From an uncultured delta proteobacterium (GTDB lineage Bacteria > Desulfobacterota > Binatia > UBA9968): DNA of 64,000 nucleotides. Under the pieces are notes generated by a model. The model searched no databases. It was not told the DNA's origin and was given only the letters and a program-made list of their open reading frames with translations. A program made the position numbers and the translations under genes. Shown here piece by piece: positions 59,138-64,000 of the stretch. The stretch covers positions 96,001 to 160,000 of the forward strand of contig CAVUZH010000016.1 in assembly GCA_963745835.1 (NCBI GenBank), given 5' to 3'. How positions within the stretch are numbered: the first letter of the stretch is position 1; each line of letters starts with the position of its first letter.

Positions 59138-59923
59138 TCAATTCATCAACCGTCCGCCGGAAACGTTGAGCGATTCTCCGGTGGTGTGCGATGAGTCGCT
59201 CGATGCGAGAAATAAAGCAGCTTTTGCGACCTCCTCGTGTTTGGCATATTTTCGCAAAGGCGTCAGCTCCAAGATGCTTTTCTCCAACTGCGAGAATTCC
59301 ATTCCCAGTCCCTTGGCCCGTTCCGCATACATGACCCGCAGGTCGGGCTCATCCATACCACCGGGACAAATGATATTGGCTCTGATGCCGTAGGGTCCGG
59401 CCTCTTTGGCGATGGTCTGAGTCAACCCCAATAATCCCCACTTGGCGGCGCAAAGAGAACCGCGCAGAGCCATACCTTCTTTTCCGGCGGTACCGGAGAT
59501 GCTGACGATGCTGCCGCTTTTCTGTTTCATCATCACTTTTAACACTGCCCTGCAGCACAGAAACACAGCCTTCAGATTAACTGAAAGAACAAGATCCCAT
59601 TCCTCCTCAGTGATGTCTTGCACCGGGACGAGCGGCCCGCGTAATCCCGCGCTGTTGACGAGGACATCGATTTTGCCATGGCGCTCGATAACTTCGTTCA
59701 CCATGTTGTTGACCTGGGCATCATCAGTGGCATCGGCAATAAGAGCGATTGCATTGCCGCCCCGTTGGTTAATTGCTTGAGCCACGCCATCCAATTGCGA
59801 CTTAGCCGTATCGAGATCGACTAAGACAACGTTGGCTCCTTCTTCAGAGAAGAAGTGGGCAATCGCCTCGCCGATACCTCGAGCACCACCCACCACTACA
59901 GCTACCTGGCCAGCTAATTTCAT
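59138..59923 (-). CDS. Short-chain dehydrogenase/reductase
   Basis: GGARGIG, VNSAG; the catalytic YxxxK position reads LCAAK. Confidence 0.85.
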   Translation of the reverse strand: MKLAGQVAVVVGGARGIGEAIAHFFSEEGANVVLVDLDTAKSQLDGVAQAINQRGGNAIALIADATDDAQVNNMVNEVIERHGKIDVLVNSAGLRGPLVPVQDITEEEWDLVLSVNLKAVFLCCRAVLKVMMKQKSGSIVSISGTAGKEGMALRGSLCAAKWGLLGLTQTIAKEAGPYGIRANIICPGGMDEPDLRVMYAERAKGLGMEFSQLEKSILELTPLRKYAKHEEVAKAALFLASSDSSHTTGESLNVSGGRLMN

Positions 59924-59981
59924 GATTGCTCCTTTCGGTAGGCAGCCCACTGCGGGCCATCTATCTGTTGCAACAGCGTTC

Positions 59982-60017
59982 AAAAAAAAGAGGGCGACTG
60001 CATCTGCGGCCGCCCTC
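59982..60017 (-). terminator. Intrinsic terminator between the UbiD and SDR genes
   Basis: gagggcg...cgccctc stem with A8 run on the + strand. Confidence 0.65.
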
Positions 60018-60041
60018 CTGTAAACACAACCAGAGTTTTTC

Positions 60042-61532
60042 CTAAGCTTCGATAACTTTCTTCCACTTGTTATAGATCTTCTCGCGCAATTCAGGAGATG
60101 ACTCTGCCACCGGCGGGAACTCTTTCATCCATTCAAACGGCCGGCACGCATCAATGACCGCACGCGAGTTGAAACCCTTCTTGCTCGGGTGAATGCGCGG
60201 ATCGAGAGGACCACTCCAGCAACGGCGTAGGATTTCGATAGACTCCACCGGATCCGAACGGCTCGCCAAAGCCCATATAACATCGAATGTATTCGTTGGA
60301 TCAATGTCGTCGTCGACAACTATCACATAGCGGCCGAGATAAGCGCCGGCATGGACCTGGGAGGCTGCCAGCATGGCTTGACGCGCATGGCCCGGATAAC
60401 GTTGCTTGATCGAAATGATGTTAAACAAACGCCCGCCGCCCGCCTCGTGACACCATACGCCTTTGACATCGGGGACGCCGCATTTCTCAACCTGCTCCCA
60501 GATCAAGGCCGCCTTGACCATACATTTGGCGATTGAATAGTCCGACGGCGGCCGGCCGGGGCGCGCGCAACAGAGAATCGGATCATTGCGGTAGTAAATG
60601 TTTTCAACCCGCACCACCGGTTCCGGACGGCTCGAGCTTGCATAATAACCGGTCCACTCACCGAACGGTCCTTCGGTCTTCCGGTCGGTGGGATCCATCC
60701 ACCCTTCGATGACGATTTCTGCGTTGGCGGCAAATGGTAGTCCGGTGGCTTTACCTTCGATGATCTCGATGGGCGCACCCTTCAGTCCCCCGGCATAATC
60801 AAATTCGCCCACACCGTAATCGATCTCGTTACCGGAAACCATAAACAACACAGGGTCCTGACCGACCGAGATTACAACCGGGCATGGTTTTCCGCGTTCG
60901 AAGTATTTGGCGCGTTGAATGCTGCCATGCTTACCGGGAGAAATGTACAACCCCATGCTCTTTTCGTCATGAACCATACCGCGGTAGGCGCCGAAATTAA
61001 CCCAGCCTTCATCGGGATCCCGCGTTGTAACCAGGCAGGCAGTGCCGATGAAACGTCCGCCATCGAGCTCGTGCATAAACGGCACGGGGAACTTGAGCAG
61101 ATTGACCTTGTCACCTGAATCCACATTCTCCAGGATGGGACCTTTGCTCACTACTTTATGCTTGATCGGCTCATGCGTAACGAGCTTCTGACGGAAAGCT
61201 CGTACCAAGTCCAGGTTCGAGAGTTCCAGCGGCAAGCCGAGGTTTAATGCCATTCTTTTAAATGAGGCATTCTGGGCGAAGAGAGTGCGAAATCCTTTCG
61301 GATAGCCAGGCACGTTATCAAAAAGGACCGCTGGCACAGCCCCACCTTTGGTCTCGCGCGAAAGAAGCTCGGCGAGCGTGCCCATTTCAAGGTTCCAATC
61401 GGCTCCGTCGATTTTTTTTAGCTCGCCGAAACTGTCGACGATCTCGAGCCAGTCGCGTAGATCGGTATATTTCGGTGTTTTACCGGCTTTGATTTCATCT
61501 TCGGCTAGTTTTCTAGCCTCTAGTGCTGTCAT
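60042..61532 (-). CDS. UbiD family (prFMN-dependent) decarboxylase
   Basis: DGGRFIGT, NFGAYR, EGPFGEWTGYY, VVDDDID. Confidence 0.92.
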   Translation of the reverse strand: MTALEARKLAEDEIKAGKTPKYTDLRDWLEIVDSFGELKKIDGADWNLEMGTLAELLSRETKGGAVPAVLFDNVPGYPKGFRTLFAQNASFKRMALNLGLPLELSNLDLVRAFRQKLVTHEPIKHKVVSKGPILENVDSGDKVNLLKFPVPFMHELDGGRFIGTACLVTTRDPDEGWVNFGAYRGMVHDEKSMGLYISPGKHGSIQRAKYFERGKPCPVVISVGQDPVLFMVSGNEIDYGVGEFDYAGGLKGAPIEIIEGKATGLPFAANAEIVIEGWMDPTDRKTEGPFGEWTGYYASSSRPEPVVRVENIYYRNDPILCCARPGRPPSDYSIAKCMVKAALIWEQVEKCGVPDVKGVWCHEAGGGRLFNIISIKQRYPGHARQAMLAASQVHAGAYLGRYVIVVDDDIDPTNTFDVIWALASRSDPVESIEILRRCWSGPLDPRIHPSKKGFNSRAVIDACRPFEWMKEFPPVAESSPELREKIYNKWKKVIEA

Positions 61533-62716
61533 GAAAGTACTCCTTTCGCCAGTGGCGATTCTTTATCGTAGTTCGCTACCATCGTTTCTTCAACACCCTC
61601 CGTATCATCCGCCGGCAATCCATTGCAACTCTTGGGGTCCAAGTGCAAATAAACTTTATCGCCAGGATTCACCGAATGAAATGGGTGCGTGTGAACGGCG
61701 AGAATATCGTCACCGACAGCAATTTTGCACTGGTAAGAGTCGCCCATGAAAATTGCTTCCGTGACAGTGCCCTCAAGCACGTTCTCCAAGCTCTGCGGCT
61801 TCTCTTTGTGCAACGGAATGTTTTCCGGCCGGATCGAAATTACCGCCGCCTGATCTTTCTTTAGCCCAGGCGCCGGAATAAAACTCAAAATACCTTTTTT
61901 AGTCTCCATCTTGCCTGGCCTGCCGTCACCGTCGACGTCAAGAACTTTCCCATTAATAAGGTTGGTCAGGCCCAGGAATGTCGCGGTAAATCGCCGTTTG
62001 GGTCGAGTGTAAAGCTGGTGCGGCGAACCGACCTCTATCAGTGTTCCGCCGTGCATGACGGCGATCTGATCTGAAATCGCCAAAGCTTCGGCTTGATCAT
62101 GCGTGACGAAGATCGTGGTGATATTGGTCCGTCGCTGCAACGCTTTAATTTCCGAGCGCATCTGCACGCGCAGTTTCGCGTCCAGGTTACTCAGCGGTTC
62201 ATCCAGCAACATAACTTTGGGCTCGTTGATCAGAGCGCGGGCGAACGCAACCCGCTGCTGCTGTCCGCCGGAAAGTTTCGGAGCGGGGCGATCTTCCAGA
62301 CCGTCAAGTCCTACAATCCTGAGAACATCTTTGACCCTGCGTTTGATTTCGTCCTTGGATCTACGTTGAATCGTTAGTGGATACGCGACGTTTTGAGCAA
62401 CCGTCATGTGCGGCCAAATCGCATAGGATTGAAACACCATCCCGATTGGACGTTTGTTGGTGGGAACGTAAACGCGCTCGCCCGAAGCGAAAACCGTTTG
62501 TCCGCCAATGCTGATCCTGCCACCGTCCGGCCTCTCTAACCCAGCGACACAGCGTAAGGTGGTGGTCTTGCCGCAGCCGCTGGGGCCCAGAAACGTATAG
62601 AGCAATCCCTCGGGTATGTTCAGCGATACGCCCTTCAGAACATGAACGCGTTCCTTGTCTTCGCCGAAATACTTTTCGAGAGCCTCGATTTGAACCATGT
62701 CTCTTCTATCTGCCAT
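61529..62716 (-). CDS. ABC transporter ATP-binding protein (PotA/FbpC type)
   Basis: GPSGCGKT, LSGGQQQR, LLDEP, TOBE-like C-terminus. Confidence 0.93.
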   Translation of the reverse strand: MADRRDMVQIEALEKYFGEDKERVHVLKGVSLNIPEGLLYTFLGPSGCGKTTTLRCVAGLERPDGGRISIGGQTVFASGERVYVPTNKRPIGMVFQSYAIWPHMTVAQNVAYPLTIQRRSKDEIKRRVKDVLRIVGLDGLEDRPAPKLSGGQQQRVAFARALINEPKVMLLDEPLSNLDAKLRVQMRSEIKALQRRTNITTIFVTHDQAEALAISDQIAVMHGGTLIEVGSPHQLYTRPKRRFTATFLGLTNLINGKVLDVDGDGRPGKMETKKGILSFIPAPGLKKDQAAVISIRPENIPLHKEKPQSLENVLEGTVTEAIFMGDSYQCKIAVGDDILAVHTHPFHSVNPGDKVYLHLDPKSCNGLPADDTEGVEETMVANYDKESPLAKGVLS

Positions 62717-62770
62717 ATTTCCTCCGGATGGGTGACGGCTATACGGATCTCACTTGTAAAAAGGATTAAT

Positions 62771-64000
62771 TTATTGCGCGATCCCTATTTTTGCTCCAAG
62801 CTTACGGGCGATAAATGCCATCACAAGAAGCAACAGAACCATCAGGACTCCTAATGCACAAACGTACGTGTATTGCCCGCCTTCCCACAAGTCAAATGCC
62901 ATGATCGAAAGAACCGTACTGTTGTAAGAATAAAGTAAGATGGATGTGGACAGCTCGCGTAAAGCAATGATACTGATGTAAATCCATCCTGCGGTAAAAC
63001 CGGGCATCAACAGCGGCAGAATAATTTTCTTGAAGGTTTGCAACCAGGTGCCGCCGGCCGTGAAGGACGCCTCTTCAAGTTCCTTATTAATTTGAATCAT
63101 CGAAGCCGACGCCGCCCGAATGCCGTAGGGCATAAACTTGGTGATGTAAGCCAACAGCAATACCCACATCGTGCCATAGATCGGAATCGGCAATGTGAGA
63201 TATACCCATATCAAGCTGACACCCAGTACGATACCCGGCATCGCAATGGGAATGAAGGTCATATTGTCCAACAGGGCTCGTCCGGGAAGCTTGGTTTTTA
63301 CAGTTACCCAGGCGATCACCGAGGTGAGCAGCATCACCAAGGTTGCCGAACCGACGGACAGATAGAAACTGTTCTTGAACGCGGTCACAGCGAGCGGATA
63401 GTTCAATATGTAGTGATAATTAGCCAGTGTCATCTTGCCCATGAGCTCACGCGACGGAACGCCGTAATAGGGAATGAACGAGGACCACAGCAGCACAAAC
63501 ACGGGCAGAATCACGGCGAGAAAGAATATAAAGAACGACAGCGCGCAGGTAAAATATTTCCATTTACCAAGATCGATCACCCTCGGACGATACCCTTTTC
63601 CGGTAACTGTGGCGTAACGCTCCTCACGCCGCGTAATCTTGCCGTAGATCAAAACGCCAATGCTGCTGATGACTAATAATGTGACCGCATAGGAGCCTGC
63701 CAACCCGAAGTCCGAAGGAAACTGATGGATGGCCAGAAAAATCTTGGTGGTAAAAACGGAGATCTTGGCCGGCACGCCAATCAGCGCCGGCACTTCAAAT
63801 GCCTCAATGCCGCGAATAAAGACGATCAATAACACACTGAACAGGGCCGGGCGCATCAGAGGCAGGGTAATTCGTTTAAAGGTGGTCCACGTACTCGAGC
63901 CAGCTGTCAGCGCCGCTTCTTCGAGCGAAGTGTCCATGTTGCGAAGGGCGGCAGACATGAGAAGAAATACCAGCGGGTAATCGTGGATTGCTTCCGCCCA
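62771..64000 (-). CDS. ABC transporter permease (FbpB type, two repeats), 5'-truncated by window edge
   Basis: Two EAA loops (LEEAALTAG, LEEASFTAG). Confidence 0.9.
   Translation of the reverse strand, partial: WAEAIHDYPLVFLLMSAALRNMDTSLEEAALTAGSSTWTTFKRITLPLMRPALFSVLLIVFIRGIEAFEVPALIGVPAKISVFTTKIFLAIHQFPSDFGLAGSYAVTLLVISSIGVLIYGKITRREERYATVTGKGYRPRVIDLGKWKYFTCALSFFIFFLAVILPVFVLLWSSFIPYYGVPSRELMGKMTLANYHYILNYPLAVTAFKNSFYLSVGSATLVMLLTSVIAWVTVKTKLPGRALLDNMTFIPIAMPGIVLGVSLIWVYLTLPIPIYGTMWVLLLAYITKFMPYGIRAASASMIQINKELEEASFTAGGTWLQTFKKIILPLLMPGFTAGWIYISIIALRELSTSILLYSYNSTVLSIMAFDLWEGGQYTYVCALGVLMVLLLLVMAFIARKLGAKIGIAQ

Noticed and set aside
2014-63980. Numerous long antisense/shadow ORFs (e.g. 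10387-11067, 15951-16667, 20784-21569, 31023-31772)
   Set aside because: They lie opposite well-supported genes, as expected from GC-rich codon bias, and show no motifs.
1-64000. CRISPR array, integron attC array, rRNA or intact transposase/integrase
   Set aside because: No regularly spaced identical repeats or recognisable recombinase motifs; the repeats at 1.5-7.5 kb are protein-coding fragments of variable length.

Overview
64 kb of a GC-rich bacterial chromosome. The gene style suggests a Binatia/deltaproteobacterium-like organism (inference). (1) 1-9.4 kb is an accessory strip of + strand genes (GFA protein, nitrilase, cystathionine beta-synthase plus gamma-lyase, ABC solute-binding protein, YdhR-like protein). 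These are separated by four progressively decayed copies of the 3' end of one Ldh_2 (malate/L-lactate dehydrogenase family) gene, followed by a RelE remnant and an MFS gene. (2) 9.6-28.2 kb is a probable oxalate/C1 catabolic cluster: ADP-forming acyl-CoA ligase, formyl-CoA transferase, an Oxc/HACL-type TPP enzyme, a three-subunit oxalate-oxidoreductase-like enzyme with altered active-site motifs, a FadR regulator with a visible operator, a NAD-linked formate dehydrogenase carrying four +1 frameshifts, and a TctABC transporter. MITE-like and periodic hairpin repeats are scattered through it. (3) 28.4-32 kb holds a degenerate MBL-fold protein, a SagB-type protein and an nfeD/SPFH pseudogene. (4) 32-64 kb is mostly housekeeping (mutM, rsmA, tsaD, PBP1B plus TPR lipoprotein, DegQ, cysK, larE, ispD, carD, rimI, tRNA-Cys, grxC, coaE, efp, gdhA, cysQ, pncA, sfsA). 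It also contains a candidate structured attenuator upstream of DUF1844-degQ, a ferredoxin-TM-HSP20-like fusion, tandem Rieske genes and an ABC-UbiD-SDR operon. All family calls come from motif recognition by eye; no database search was run.
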